A stretch of 64,000 nt of DNA from Candidatus Tenderia electrophaga (GTDB taxonomy: Bacteria > Pseudomonadota > Gammaproteobacteria > Tenderiales > Tenderiaceae), in the NCBI GenBank assembly GCA_001447805.1, contig CP013099.1, positions 3,524,235 through 3,588,234 on the forward strand, given 5' to 3'. Made by a program: the position numbers and the translations under genes. Shown piece after piece: positions 55,181-64,000 of the stretch. Within the stretch, counting starts at the first letter, position 1, and each line of letters opens with the position of its first letter. Under the pieces are notes generated by a model that saw only the letters and a program-made list of their open reading frames with translations, ran no database searches and was not told where the DNA came from.

Positions 55181-55765
55181 ATGTTGTTGATGATCGATAA
55201 CTACGACTCCTTCACCTACAACCTGGTGCAGTACTTCGGTGAGCTGGATGTCGAAGTGCGTGTGTTCCGTAACGACCAGATCTCCGTTGAGGAAATCGAG
55301 TCCTTGGCGCCTCAATATCTGGTTATCTCGCCCGGTCCCTGCACACCCAACGAGGCCGGCATCTCCATCGCGGCGATCCAGCACTTCGCCGGCAAGATTC
55401 CCATTCTCGGCGTCTGTCTCGGTCACCAGAGTATCGGTCAGGCCTACGGCGCCAAGATCGTGCATGCCAAACAGGTCATGCACGGCAAGACCTCCATGGT
55501 GCGGCACAAGAATGTGGGTGTGTTTAAAGGGCTGACCAATCCCTTCGAGGCGACCCGCTATCATTCCTTGGTCATCGAGCGCGACTCCTTGCCGGAGTGT
55601 CTCGACATTAGCGCCTGGACCGAAACCGAAGAGGGCGGGGTGGATGAGATCATGGGCGTGCGTCACAAGACATTGGCGCTGGAAGGCGTGCAATTCCATC
55701 CCGAGTCGATCCTGACTCGGCACGGTCATGATATGTTGAAAAACTTTCTGGAACGAAATAGCTAG
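55181..55765 (+). CDS. trpG: Anthranilate synthase component II (glutamine amidotransferase)
   Basis: [18 protein letters not shown]; GVCLGHQ. Confidence 0.9.
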   Translation: MLLMIDNYDSFTYNLVQYFGELDVEVRVFRNDQISVEEIESLAPQYLVISPGPCTPNEAGISIAAIQHFAGKIPILGVCLGHQSIGQAYGAKIVHAKQVMHGKTSMVRHKNVGVFKGLTNPFEATRYHSLVIERDSLPECLDISAWTETEEGGVDEIMGVRHKTLALEGVQFHPESILTRHGHDMLKNFLERNS

Positions 55766-55777
55766 GGGGCTCAACCC

Positions 55778-56800
55778 ATGGATATGCAGGCCGCGATTCA
55801 CGCCGTCACCGAAGGCAAAGATCTGACCACCCCGGAGATGGCCGAGGTGATGCACTTGATAATGACCGGCGCGGCCACCCAGGCCCAGATCGGTGGTTTT
55901 CTCATCGGCCTGCGCATGAAGGGTGAGAGCGTCGACGAGATCACCGCTGCCGCCCAGGTAATGCGCGAGCTGGCCACGCCGGTACAGGTCAAGGTCGAGC
56001 ACCTGGTGGACACTTGCGGCACCGGCGGCGACGCCTCCTGCGCCTTCAATATCTCCACCGCCAGCGCCTTCGTGGTGGCCGCCGCCGGCGGCAAGGTGGC
56101 CAAACACGGTAACCGTTCGGTCACTAGCAAGTCCGGCAGTGCCGATGTGTTGGAGTCCGCCGGGGTCAATCTAGACCTGACGCCGGAACAAGTGGCACGC
56201 TGTATCGAAGAGGTGGGCGTCGGCTTCATGTTCGCGCCCAGGCATCACAGCGCCATGAAGCACGCCATCGGCCCGCGCAAGGAGCTGGGCGTGCGCACCA
56301 TCTTCAATGTGCTCGGCCCGCTCACCAATCCCGCCGGCGCGCCCAACCAGGTGCTGGGCGTATTCAGTGATCAGCTGTTGGAGCCCCTGGCCCGGGTGTT
56401 GGGACGGCTCGGCAGTCGTCATGTGCTGGTGGTGCGCTCCGACGATGGCATGGACGAGATCAGTATCGGCGCCCCCACCCAGGTGGCGGAACTGAAAGAC
56501 GGCAAGGTCAGCCGCCACAGCATCATGCCGGAACAGTTCGGCATGACCCGCGCCGCCCTCGATAGCCTGGCCGTGGACGGCGCCGCGGCCAGCCTGGCCA
56601 TGATTCATGACGTCTTCGACAATCAGCCGGGTCCGGCCCATGACATCGTCGCCTTGAATGCCGGCGCCGCCATTTATGTCGCCGGTTTGGCCGACACGCT
56701 CGACCAAGGTGTCAGCCGCGCCCAGCAGGTGATCGCCAGCGGCGCCGCCCGGGTCAAGCTGGACGCGCTGGCCAAGCTGAGTCAGCGCTTGGCGGGGTAA
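55778..56800 (+). CDS. trpD: Anthranilate phosphoribosyltransferase
   Basis: DTCGTGGD motif. Confidence 0.9.
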   Translation: MDMQAAIHAVTEGKDLTTPEMAEVMHLIMTGAATQAQIGGFLIGLRMKGESVDEITAAAQVMRELATPVQVKVEHLVDTCGTGGDASCAFNISTASAFVVAAAGGKVAKHGNRSVTSKSGSADVLESAGVNLDLTPEQVARCIEEVGVGFMFAPRHHSAMKHAIGPRKELGVRTIFNVLGPLTNPAGAPNQVLGVFSDQLLEPLARVLGRLGSRHVLVVRSDDGMDEISIGAPTQVAELKDGKVSRHSIMPEQFGMTRAALDSLAVDGAAASLAMIHDVFDNQPGPAHDIVALNAGAAIYVAGLADTLDQGVSRAQQVIASGAARVKLDALAKLSQRLAG

Positions 56801-56804
56801 ACGA

Positions 56805-57599
56805 ATGAGTGCCCCCGACATTCTGCAAAATATTCTGCGCCGCAAGGTTGAAGAGGTCATCGCGCGCAGCGCCGAGCTGAGCATACCCGAACTGCAACGA
56901 CGGATCGAAGCGGTGGCGCCGGCGCGCGGTTTCGTGCGCGCCATGGACGAAAAGATCGGCCAGGGCAGCGCAGCGGTGATCGCCGAAATCAAAAAGGCCT
57001 CGCCCAGCAAGGGGCTGTTGCGGGAGGACTTTCGTCCCGACGAGATTGCCCGCGCCTATGAACAGGGCGGGGCGGCCTGTTTATCGGTGCTCACCGACGC
57101 GGATTTTTTTCAGGGCTCGGAGGACTATCTGAAACAAGCTCGGGCGGCGTGTCAGCTGCCGGTGCTGCGCAAGGACTTTCTCATCGATCCCTACCAAGTC
57201 TACGAGGCGCGCGCCATCGGTGCCGATTGCATCCTGCTGATCGTGGCGGCGCTGGGGGACGTCATGCTGCTGGAATTGAGTCAGCTGGCCGGGCAACTGG
57301 GTATGGATGTCCTGGTGGAGGTCCACGATGCCCGTGAGCTGGAGCGAGCCCTCAATCTGCCGCTGAAACTGATCGGCATCAATAACCGCAATCTGCGCAG
57401 CTTTGACACCTCGCTGCAGACCACCCTCGATTTATTGGCGCAGATCCCCGCGGATCGGCGCGTGGTCACCGAAAGCGGTATCCATAGCGCCGCGGATGTG
57501 GCGCTGATGCGTGACCATGGTGTCAACGCCTTCCTGGTGGGGGAGGCGTTGATGCGGGCGCCGGATCCGGGGATGGCCCTGCGCACGCTGTTTGGCTGA
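56805..57599 (+). CDS. trpC: Indole-3-glycerol phosphate synthase
   Basis: [12 protein letters not shown]. Confidence 0.9.
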   Translation: MSAPDILQNILRRKVEEVIARSAELSIPELQRRIEAVAPARGFVRAMDEKIGQGSAAVIAEIKKASPSKGLLREDFRPDEIARAYEQGGAACLSVLTDADFFQGSEDYLKQARAACQLPVLRKDFLIDPYQVYEARAIGADCILLIVAALGDVMLLELSQLAGQLGMDVLVEVHDARELERALNLPLKLIGINNRNLRSFDTSLQTTLDLLAQIPADRRVVTESGIHSAADVALMRDHGVNAFLVGEALMRAPDPGMALRTLFG

Positions 57600-57704
57600 T
57601 ATTGCGCTATATTTCTCGTATTGATTCTAAAGCCCGGCAGCGCTGAGTCGATAATTTCAACACGCGATTATCGCTTTGTTCTCCATTGATTAAGGGACAG
57701 ATTC

Positions 57705-58964
57705 ATGCATAAACAGATTTTGCTGAAAGGGTTGCTGCCGGCGGTGGTGTTGTTTTCCAGTCAGGCGGCGGCGCTGCCGTTCCAGTCGATCGATCCGCGC
57801 AGCCTGGGCATGGGCGGCGTCGGGGTCGCCTCGGGCACCAGTTCCAACGCCGCTTTCATGAATCCCGCCCTGCTCTCGGCGGCCCATGAGGATGAAGACT
57901 TCAGCCTGGCCATGCCTATCATCGGCGCGCGTTTCCGTGATGAGGATGATTTGATCGAAGAGGTGGATGCCTACCAGGACAATAACCTCGAGGCCAATCT
58001 GAACACGGCTATCGATAACTTTAATACCACGCCCAATGACGCCAATGCCGCTGCGGTGGCGTCGGCCTCTCAGGCAATGCTGAATCAGCTGCAGAAATTC
58101 ACCGCCAAACCCATTCAGGGGGAGGTCATCGCCGGTACGGTAATCGCCGTGCCAAGCAAGAAGATGGGCGCCTCTCTGAGCCTGAACGGCTATGCAGTGG
58201 GGGGCGGTCAGTTTGATCTTAGCAGTGCCGATATCGCGCTTATTCAAGGGATTATCGATGATGCCAACACCAGCGCCGCCGCTTTGGCTGCAAACTCCGA
58301 TGTCGCCGCGCAGGCGGGCGGGAACGACGTCGTCGACAAACTGACCTCCGGCCTGGATGCCCGCGGCGCCCTGATCACCGAGGTGGGGCTGTCCCTGTCG
58401 CGGGAGTTCACCATCGGCGGCCATGCCATCGCCGTTGGGGTCACGCCCAAAGTGGTGCAGGTCAAAACCTTCGACTATTTTCTGGATACCAACACCGCCG
58501 AGTTTGACGCCGACACCGGCACTAAGGATTATGACGATTTCAATATCGACATCGGGGTGGCCAAGGACTTTAATAACGGTTGGAAGACCGGATTTGTCGC
58601 CAAGAACCTGATCGCCAACGATTACGAGACCGTGCGCGGCAACATCGTCAAGGTGGAGCCGCAGTTGCGCGTCGGCGTGGCCCGCGCCAACGAATGGCTG
58701 ACCCTGGCGGCCGATGTGGACCTGGTGGAAAACGAGCCCGCCGGCTTCGATTCCAAGACCCAGTATGTGGGCCTGGGCGCCGAAGTGGACCTGTTCGACT
58801 GGGTCCAGCTGCGCGCCGGTTATCGCCACAACCTGAGCGATTCCGACACCAGCATTCCCACCCTGGGATTCGGCTTCTCGCCCTTCGGCCTGCACATGGA
58901 TATCGCGGTTGCCGGCAACGGCGATGAAGTGGCCGGCGCTTTCCAGCTGGGATTCCGCTTCTAG
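57705..58964 (+). CDS. FadL/TraF(PF13729)-like outer-membrane beta-barrel protein, paralog 1
   Basis: Signal peptide. The N-terminal motif (PRSLGMGGVGVASGTSSNAAFMNPALL) resembles the FadL N-terminal hatch region (SGLGRAYSGEGA…NPAL). C-terminal …QLGFRF. Confidence 0.6.
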   Translation: MHKQILLKGLLPAVVLFSSQAAALPFQSIDPRSLGMGGVGVASGTSSNAAFMNPALLSAAHEDEDFSLAMPIIGARFRDEDDLIEEVDAYQDNNLEANLNTAIDNFNTTPNDANAAAVASASQAMLNQLQKFTAKPIQGEVIAGTVIAVPSKKMGASLSLNGYAVGGGQFDLSSADIALIQGIIDDANTSAAALAANSDVAAQAGGNDVVDKLTSGLDARGALITEVGLSLSREFTIGGHAIAVGVTPKVVQVKTFDYFLDTNTAEFDADTGTKDYDDFNIDIGVAKDFNNGWKTGFVAKNLIANDYETVRGNIVKVEPQLRVGVARANEWLTLAADVDLVENEPAGFDSKTQYVGLGAEVDLFDWVQLRAGYRHNLSDSDTSIPTLGFGFSPFGLHMDIAVAGNGDEVAGAFQLGFRF

Positions 58965-59009
58965 ACGTGTGTCGGGTTTGACCGCGCAAGCGGGAGAGCG
59001 GCCCACCTA

Positions 59010-59042
59010 AGCCCCGTCCGTTATGGCGGGGCTTTGCTTTTA
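59010..59042 (+). terminator. Rho-independent terminator after OMP paralog 1
   Basis: AGCCCCG-(loop)-CGGGGCT followed by TTGCTTTT. Confidence 0.5.
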
Positions 59043-59142
59043 CGGGGCGGATCGAGCGCGGGATTTACGGTAAACTCTCGGGATAGCTATATAAAATCAT
59101 AATCCCATTAATTAATCTGCCAACACAGAAAGGAAGTCGGGC

Positions 59143-60372
59143 ATGGCAAGACGAAACCCATTATTAGGCGCGCTGCTGTTGCCTGGAATGGTCTTCTTTT
59201 CAACGCAGTTGCAGGCGCTGCCCTATAGTGTGATGGACAGCTATTCATTTTCCATGGGCGGCACCGGCGTCGCCTCCGGCACGCGCGGCAATGCGATTTT
59301 CTACAATCCGGCCCTGCTGGCGGCGTCAGAAATGCCGCAGAACTACAGCCTGCATGCGCCGGTGCTCGGCGCGCGCTTCTATGATCGAAATAAGGTTCTC
59401 GAGGAACTGGACAAGTACCAGTATCTGGGGCTGGAGGCGAATTTCGACGAGGCGCTGACGGCCTACAGTACCGATGTCGGTGCCCTGCAGGACGTGGCCG
59501 ATGCCACCTCCAGTCTGGGCCAACAGCTGCTGACTCTGGCGGGTGACCCCATGCAGCGTGAATACTTCGGCGCGGTGGTGCTGGGCATTCCCCATCAGCG
59601 CCTTGGCATATCACTGACGCTGAATACCCGGGTGGTAGGCGGTGCCGAAGTCAATGTGGTCCAGAACGATCTGGACGAGCTGCAACGCATCTTGACTGCG
59701 ACCCGTGAAGTTAATTTATCCCAGGCCGAGGCGTTTCGTTCCAACGACCTTGAGTCGCGCCTGCTGGGGCGCGGCTTGGTGATTAGCGAAGTGGGGCTGG
59801 CGTTGGCGCAGGATATGGATGTGTTCGGTCACGAGATCAGCGTCGGGGTGACGCCCAAGTATCGTCAGGTGACCAGCTTCGATTACGCCAGCGAGCTTAA
59901 CAGCGCCGATTTCGAGATCGACCTGGGGGAAAAGGACCACAGCGCCTTCGACGTCGATATCGGCGCCGCCAAGCACTATGGCAACGGCTGGAGTACCGGG
60001 GTGGCCATCAAGAACCTGATCGGTCAGGAATATAACACCGTGCGCGGCAATACCATCAAAATAGGGCCCCAGGTACGTTTGGGGGCGGCCCACAGCACCC
60101 CCTATACCCGGGTGGCCGTGGACCTGGACGTGAACGAGAGCCGTTCCACAGGCTTTGATTCAAACAGCCGATATATCGCCGTAGGCGCCGAGCTCAATGT
60201 TTTCGACATGACCCGGGTGCGTATCGGTTATCGTCATAACATGAGTGATACGAATACCAGTATCGCCACTTTCGGAATGGGGTTTGATGTATACGGCGCC
60301 GAGTTGGATCTGGCCGCCGGGGCGAATGAAGATGAGCTGGGGTATTCGGCCCAGTTGGGCTTTGAGTTCTAG
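59143..60372 (+). CDS. FadL/TraF-like outer-membrane beta-barrel protein, paralog 2
   Basis: Same architecture and conserved blocks as 57705-58964 (SMGGTGVASGTRGNAIFYNPALL; …QLGFEF). Confidence 0.6.
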   Translation: MARRNPLLGALLLPGMVFFSTQLQALPYSVMDSYSFSMGGTGVASGTRGNAIFYNPALLAASEMPQNYSLHAPVLGARFYDRNKVLEELDKYQYLGLEANFDEALTAYSTDVGALQDVADATSSLGQQLLTLAGDPMQREYFGAVVLGIPHQRLGISLTLNTRVVGGAEVNVVQNDLDELQRILTATREVNLSQAEAFRSNDLESRLLGRGLVISEVGLALAQDMDVFGHEISVGVTPKYRQVTSFDYASELNSADFEIDLGEKDHSAFDVDIGAAKHYGNGWSTGVAIKNLIGQEYNTVRGNTIKIGPQVRLGAAHSTPYTRVAVDLDVNESRSTGFDSNSRYIAVGAELNVFDMTRVRIGYRHNMSDTNTSIATFGMGFDVYGAELDLAAGANEDELGYSAQLGFEF

Positions 60373-60387
60373 GCCTCTGTAGACGCC

Positions 60388-61029
60388 TTAGCGCGTACCG
60401 AAGACCACGATGGTCTTGCCCTTGGCCGAGATCAGATTCTGCTGCTCCAGGTTCTTCAACACCCGCCCCACCATTTCCCGCGAGCAACCGACGATGCGCC
60501 CCAATTCCTGACGCGTGATCTTGATCTGCATGCCGTCCGGGTGGGTCATGGCATCGGGCTGTTTGGTCAGATCGAGCAGGGTGCGGGCGACCCGGCCGCT
60601 GACGTCCATGAAGGCCAGCCGGGTCGCCATATCGGAGGTGCGACGCAGGCGCAGGGCCATCTGCGAGGCCAGCTGAAACAGCACGTCGGCATCATGCTTG
60701 GCCATTTCGCGGAAGCGGTCGTAGCCGATCTCCGCCACCTCGCACTCGCCGCGGGCGCGGATCCAGGCGCTGCGTTGGGGCGTCTCACTGAACAGCCCCA
60801 TCTCGCCGAAAAAATCGCCGGCGTTGAGGTAGGCCAGTACCATTTCGTTGCCGTCGTCGTCCTCGGCCACCACGCTCACCGACCCCTCGGTGATGTAGTA
60901 GAGCGAATCGGGCGTGTCGCCGCCGTGGATGATCACGCTCTTGTTGGGATAGCGGTGACGGTGGCAATGGGATAAAAAGCGTTCGATGGCCGCATTGGCC
61001 TGGGGGATCGGTTTCTTGACTAGGCTCAT
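60388..61029 (-). CDS. crp: cAMP receptor protein (Crp/Vfr family global regulator)
   Basis: ATG at 61029. Colinear with Crp (cNMP-binding domain plus [23 protein letters not shown]). The track ORF has a 195-aa spurious extension. Confidence 0.85.
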   Translation of the reverse strand: MSLVKKPIPQANAAIERFLSHCHRHRYPNKSVIIHGGDTPDSLYYITEGSVSVVAEDDDGNEMVLAYLNAGDFFGEMGLFSETPQRSAWIRARGECEVAEIGYDRFREMAKHDADVLFQLASQMALRLRRTSDMATRLAFMDVSGRVARTLLDLTKQPDAMTHPDGMQIKITRQELGRIVGCSREMVGRVLKNLEQQNLISAKGKTIVVFGTR

Positions 61030-61134
61030 ATCGGTCTCTTTGGTTGCAGGTCCATGGATAGCTATCGGCAAACCGGCGCAAGAGTTTGAGTTATCATACG
61101 CCCTATCGGTAACTATAGAACCTGGGAGTGAACA

Positions 61135-61575
61135 ATGAAGGCGCGCATCAAATGGGTCGACAATGCCATGTTCGTGGCCGAATCCGGCAGCGGCCATGCC
61201 GTGGTCATTGACGGCCCGCCGGACGGCGGCGGCCGCAATATGGGGATGCGACCCATGGAAATGCTGCTCATGGGCACCGGTGCCTGCAGCGCCTATGACG
61301 TGCTGCTGATCCTGCGCAAGGGGCGCCACGCGGTGACCGATTGTGTCTGCGAAGTGAGCGCCGAACGCGCCGACGCGGTGCCTGCGGTGTTCACCCAGAT
61401 CCACCTCCATTTCATTGTGACCGGCCATGATCTCAAGGAGAGCGCGGTCGAGCGGGCGGTGCAGCTGTCGGCCGAGAAGTACTGCTCCGCCTCCATCATG
61501 CTGGGCAAGACGGCCCGCCTTAGCCATGATTTTGAGATCATCGAGGCACAGGGGGGGCGGCATGATCAAGCCTAA
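61135..61575 (+). CDS. OsmC-family protein
   Basis: 146-aa OsmC/Ohr fold with conserved cysteines. Downstream of crp, as in Pseudomonas. Confidence 0.75.
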   Translation: MKARIKWVDNAMFVAESGSGHAVVIDGPPDGGGRNMGMRPMEMLLMGTGACSAYDVLLILRKGRHAVTDCVCEVSAERADAVPAVFTQIHLHFIVTGHDLKESAVERAVQLSAEKYCSASIMLGKTARLSHDFEIIEAQGGRHDQA

Positions 61576-61960
61576 GCCCACCTCGGGCATGCGCCACGTG
61601 GCCATGTTCGTCACCGATCTGGAAGCCTGCGAGCACTTTTATATCGATTTGCTCGGTATGCAGGTGGAATGGCGTCCCGACGCCGACAATGTCTATCTGA
61701 CCTCGGGTAACGACAACCTGGCCCTGCACCGGGTACCGACGGGTTTTGACGCCAGTGGCGACCAGGTGCTGGATCATATCGGTTTTATTATCGATGAAAT
61801 GGCGCAGGTTGACGTCTGGTTCGATTTCCTGCGCGGTCACGACGTGCCCATGAAAACCGAACCGCGCACCCATCGCGACGGCGCCCGCAGCTTCTACTGC
61901 TTCGATCCGGCGGGCACCACGGTGCAGATCATCCACCATCCCCCGATCGTGAAAAAATAG
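61562..61960 (+). CDS. VOC family (glyoxalase/bleomycin-resistance/dioxygenase) protein
   Basis: ATG at 61562 overlapping the OsmC-like stop. Vicinal oxygen chelate fold. Confidence 0.7.
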   Translation: MIKPKPTSGMRHVAMFVTDLEACEHFYIDLLGMQVEWRPDADNVYLTSGNDNLALHRVPTGFDASGDQVLDHIGFIIDEMAQVDVWFDFLRGHDVPMKTEPRTHRDGARSFYCFDPAGTTVQIIHHPPIVKK

Positions 61961-62052
61961 TTCCCCTGATACCCCGGAATGGTGGATAATCCGCCGTTTT
62001 TCCCGTTAGCATTGGGCCGGGAAGCGGGTTTCGAGGCCAGGAGGACGTTTAA

Positions 62053-62862
62053 ATGCCGACACAGATGAGAAAATTGAGACTGCACGGGTTTAATAACCTC
62101 ACCAAGACCCTGAGTTTTAATATTTACGATATCTGCTACGCCGTGACCCCCGAACAGCGCCAGGCCTATATCGAATACATCGACGAGGCCTATAACGCCG
62201 AGCGCCTGACCCAAATTCTTACCGATGTCACCAATATCATCGGCGCCAATATCCTCAATATCGCCCACCAGGATTATGATCCGGAAGGCGCCAGCGTCAC
62301 CATCCTGATCTCGGAAGAGCCGGTGATGGCTGAGGAACTGTCCAACACCGAGGCTCCCGGCCCCCTGCCGGAATCGGTGGTCGGCCATCTGGATAAGAGT
62401 CACATCACCGTGCATACCTATCCCGAGAGTCACCCCGACGGCGGAATCAGCACCTTTCGCGCCGATATCGATGTCTCCACCTGTGGTCGTATCTCGCCGC
62501 TGAAGGCGCTGAACTACCTGATCCACAGTTTCGAGTCCGATATCGTCATCATGGACTATCGCGTGCGCGGCTTTACCCGTGACGTGCGCGGTAAGAAACA
62601 CTTTATCGACCATAAGATCAGTTCCATCCAGAACTACATCGCCAGAGACACCAAAGAGAAGTATCAGATGATCGACGTCAACGTCTATCAGGAGAACATC
62701 TTCCATACCAAGATGATCCTCAAGGAATACGACCTGGATAACTATCTCTTCGGCCTCCACCCCAGCGACCTGGCCGACAAGGAGATCAAGGCGATCGACC
62801 AGCGCCTGCAGCGCGAAATGGCGGAGATCTTCTATGGCAGAAATCTGCGGCGTGGCTTGTAA
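62053..62862 (+). CDS. speD: S-adenosylmethionine decarboxylase proenzyme
   Basis: [24 protein letters not shown]…[10 protein letters not shown] closely matches E. coli SpeD. Confidence 0.9.
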   Translation: MPTQMRKLRLHGFNNLTKTLSFNIYDICYAVTPEQRQAYIEYIDEAYNAERLTQILTDVTNIIGANILNIAHQDYDPEGASVTILISEEPVMAEELSNTEAPGPLPESVVGHLDKSHITVHTYPESHPDGGISTFRADIDVSTCGRISPLKALNYLIHSFESDIVIMDYRVRGFTRDVRGKKHFIDHKISSIQNYIARDTKEKYQMIDVNVYQENIFHTKMILKEYDLDNYLFGLHPSDLADKEIKAIDQRLQREMAEIFYGRNLRRGL

Positions 62863-62990
62863 CGCCCCGGCTGTCGTCGCGCGGCCCCCATTGGCTCATC
62901 TCTTACCGCTGCGCGTATACACGCGTAGATACAAGGCGCGCGCGGCGTCCTTGCGCGTCCTGCCTCACATTTAATAAAACCTTCATTGTT

Positions 62991-63009
62991 TTGTCACAAA
63001 TCTGTAACC
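62991..63009 (+). promoter_or_regulatory. Pho-box-like tandem 7-mers upstream of the phosphate porin gene
   Basis: TTGTCAC-aaat-CTGTAAC (compare CTGTCAT-N4-CTGTCAT), followed ~10 nt later by TAAATA. About 170 nt upstream of the porin ATG. Confidence 0.3.
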
Positions 63010-63175
63010 GTCAGCCTTTTAAATACGCTGCACAGGTGAAGTGCAGATGCCCGCACGGCTCCGGCCCCATTGGGCGCGCCAAACGGCTGTGATCCGATCA
63101 GGCCAGGGGTGGTGAGGCAATCTTCACGTCGGTTTTTTTAATAGAACTATACAATTGTAAAAAGGGAAATCTATC

Positions 63176-64000
63176 ATGCGTAAACAAGTGGTTACCTCGG
63201 TAGCAGTGATGGCTGCTCTGTCTTCCGCCAGCGTTCTCGCCGGTGTCACCTACAAAGACGGCGACAGCTATGTGAAGCTGGGCGGCCGCATCCAGCTGCA
63301 ATACCATAAGGCGGACCCCGACGGCGGGCAGGCCACCGACGACATCTTTTTCCGCCGTCTGCGCCCCTACATCGAAGGCAGCCTCCACCCCAACTGGAAG
63401 GGTAAATTCCAGTGGGATATGGGCAAGGCGGAAGACACCAACGAGATCGCCGTCAAAGACGCCTACATGCAGTACAAGGCTGAAAGCGGCGTCAAGGTTT
63501 CCCTCGGTAATTACTCCTTCCCGTTTTCGCGCGAATATTTGACCTCGTCGAAATACCAGCAGCTGGTTGAGCGCACCTTCGTCGGCGACCACAACTACGG
63601 CACCCCGGACCGCCAGGCCGGTGTCTATGTTGAAGGCATGAACGCGTCCAAGACCTTTGATTGGGCGGTGGGCCTGGCCGACGGGCGTATCGATCCCGAC
63701 GACGACAAGATCGATTTCGAACCCGCAGTCAATAACAACAGCGATTTCAACCAGGGAATGATGGTCGGTGGCCGCGTCAGTTTCCACCCCTTCGGCTATC
63801 TGAAGATGAAGCAAGGCGATTTCTCCGGCGAGCAGAAGGCCACCGTGAGTCTCGGCGCGTTCAGTTGGAGCAACGATGACGATAACAACACTCGGACCAG
63901 TGCCGCCGGTGTCGCGACCGATGTCACCAGGCCCGACCTGGACAGCGTCACCGGCCTGGAGCTGAGTGGTGCCTACCGCAACAAGGGTTTCTCGGTCGAC
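63176..64000 (+). CDS. Phosphate-selective porin OprO/OprP family, 3' end truncated by window
   Basis: Not in the ORF track because it has no stop within the window. ATG at 63176 with AAGGGA RBS. Signal peptide MRKQVVTSVAVMAALSSASVLA, then GVTYKDGDSYVKLGGRIQLQYH, which is typical of OprP/OprO. Confidence 0.7.
   Translation, partial: MRKQVVTSVAVMAALSSASVLAGVTYKDGDSYVKLGGRIQLQYHKADPDGGQATDDIFFRRLRPYIEGSLHPNWKGKFQWDMGKAEDTNEIAVKDAYMQYKAESGVKVSLGNYSFPFSREYLTSSKYQQLVERTFVGDHNYGTPDRQAGVYVEGMNASKTFDWAVGLADGRIDPDDDKIDFEPAVNNNSDFNQGMMVGGRVSFHPFGYLKMKQGDFSGEQKATVSLGAFSWSNDDDNNTRTSAAGVATDVTRPDLDSVTGLELSGAYRNKGFSVD

Noticed and set aside
63098-63814. 238-aa minus-strand ORF at the window end.
   Set aside because: It is antisense to a clearly recognisable plus-strand OprO/P-type porin (63176 to the window end) that has a signal peptide and RBS. 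The minus-strand ORF is composition-driven.

Overview
This is a high-GC (~63%) gammaproteobacterial chromosomal segment that is almost entirely housekeeping, with core synteny recognisable from E. coli and Pseudomonas. No tRNA, rRNA, CRISPR array or transposase/integrase gene was found. My nucleotide counting may be off by +/-1-2 nt for motif and hairpin coordinates; CDS coordinates follow the supplied ORF track.

Gene order along the window:
- 1-7.4 kb: MurU-like nucleotidyltransferase (5' partial), a GCS2-type carboxylate-amine ligase, an M14/AstE-AspA-like deacylase, a DUF465 protein, cca, an NDUFA9-like SDR and an aldehyde dehydrogenase.
- 7.4-13.9 kb: an accessory-looking patch made of a low-GC CBS-domain membrane protein, a GDPD phosphodiesterase, a GAF/sigma-54 regulator, a DUF2892 protein, a large outer-membrane protein and osmC.
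- 14-25 kb: maf-rng-yhdP-(hypothetical)-nitrilase-tldD, yjgA (opposite strand), pmbA.
- 25-29.5 kb: mlaF-mlaE-mlaD-[TolC-family gene]-mlaC-mlaB, then ibaG.
- 29.8-40.5 kb: murA-hisGDCBHAFIE-tatABC, then a DegS/AlgW-like protease on the opposite strand.
- 40.5-41.3 kb: a Nif3-like gene.
- 41.8-51.1 kb: a complete Alternative Complex III operon (actA-B1-B2-C-D-E-F).
- 51.1-64 kb: a DUF3530 hydrolase, rpe-gph-trpEGDC, two tandem FadL/TraF-like outer-membrane paralogs, crp, an OsmC-like gene, a VOC-family gene, speD, and a 3'-truncated OprO/P-type phosphate porin that the ORF track missed because it runs off the window end.

The most striking feature is a perfect 1,868-bp direct tandem duplication inside the ACIII operon (43031-44898 and 44899-46766). 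Full-length actB1 and actB2 are preserved, and the duplication creates a 60-aa actB2 5' fragment and an N-terminally truncated actB1 copy between them. This is either a very recent segmental amplification or an assembly artefact.

Other notable points:
- the TolC-family gene translationally embedded in the mla operon;
- the ligase + deacylase pair at the window start;
- tandem FadL/TraF-like OMPs inserted between trpC and crp;
- a low-GC CBS membrane gene;
- an orphan sigma-54 enhancer-binding protein;
- a Pho-box-like element upstream of the porin.
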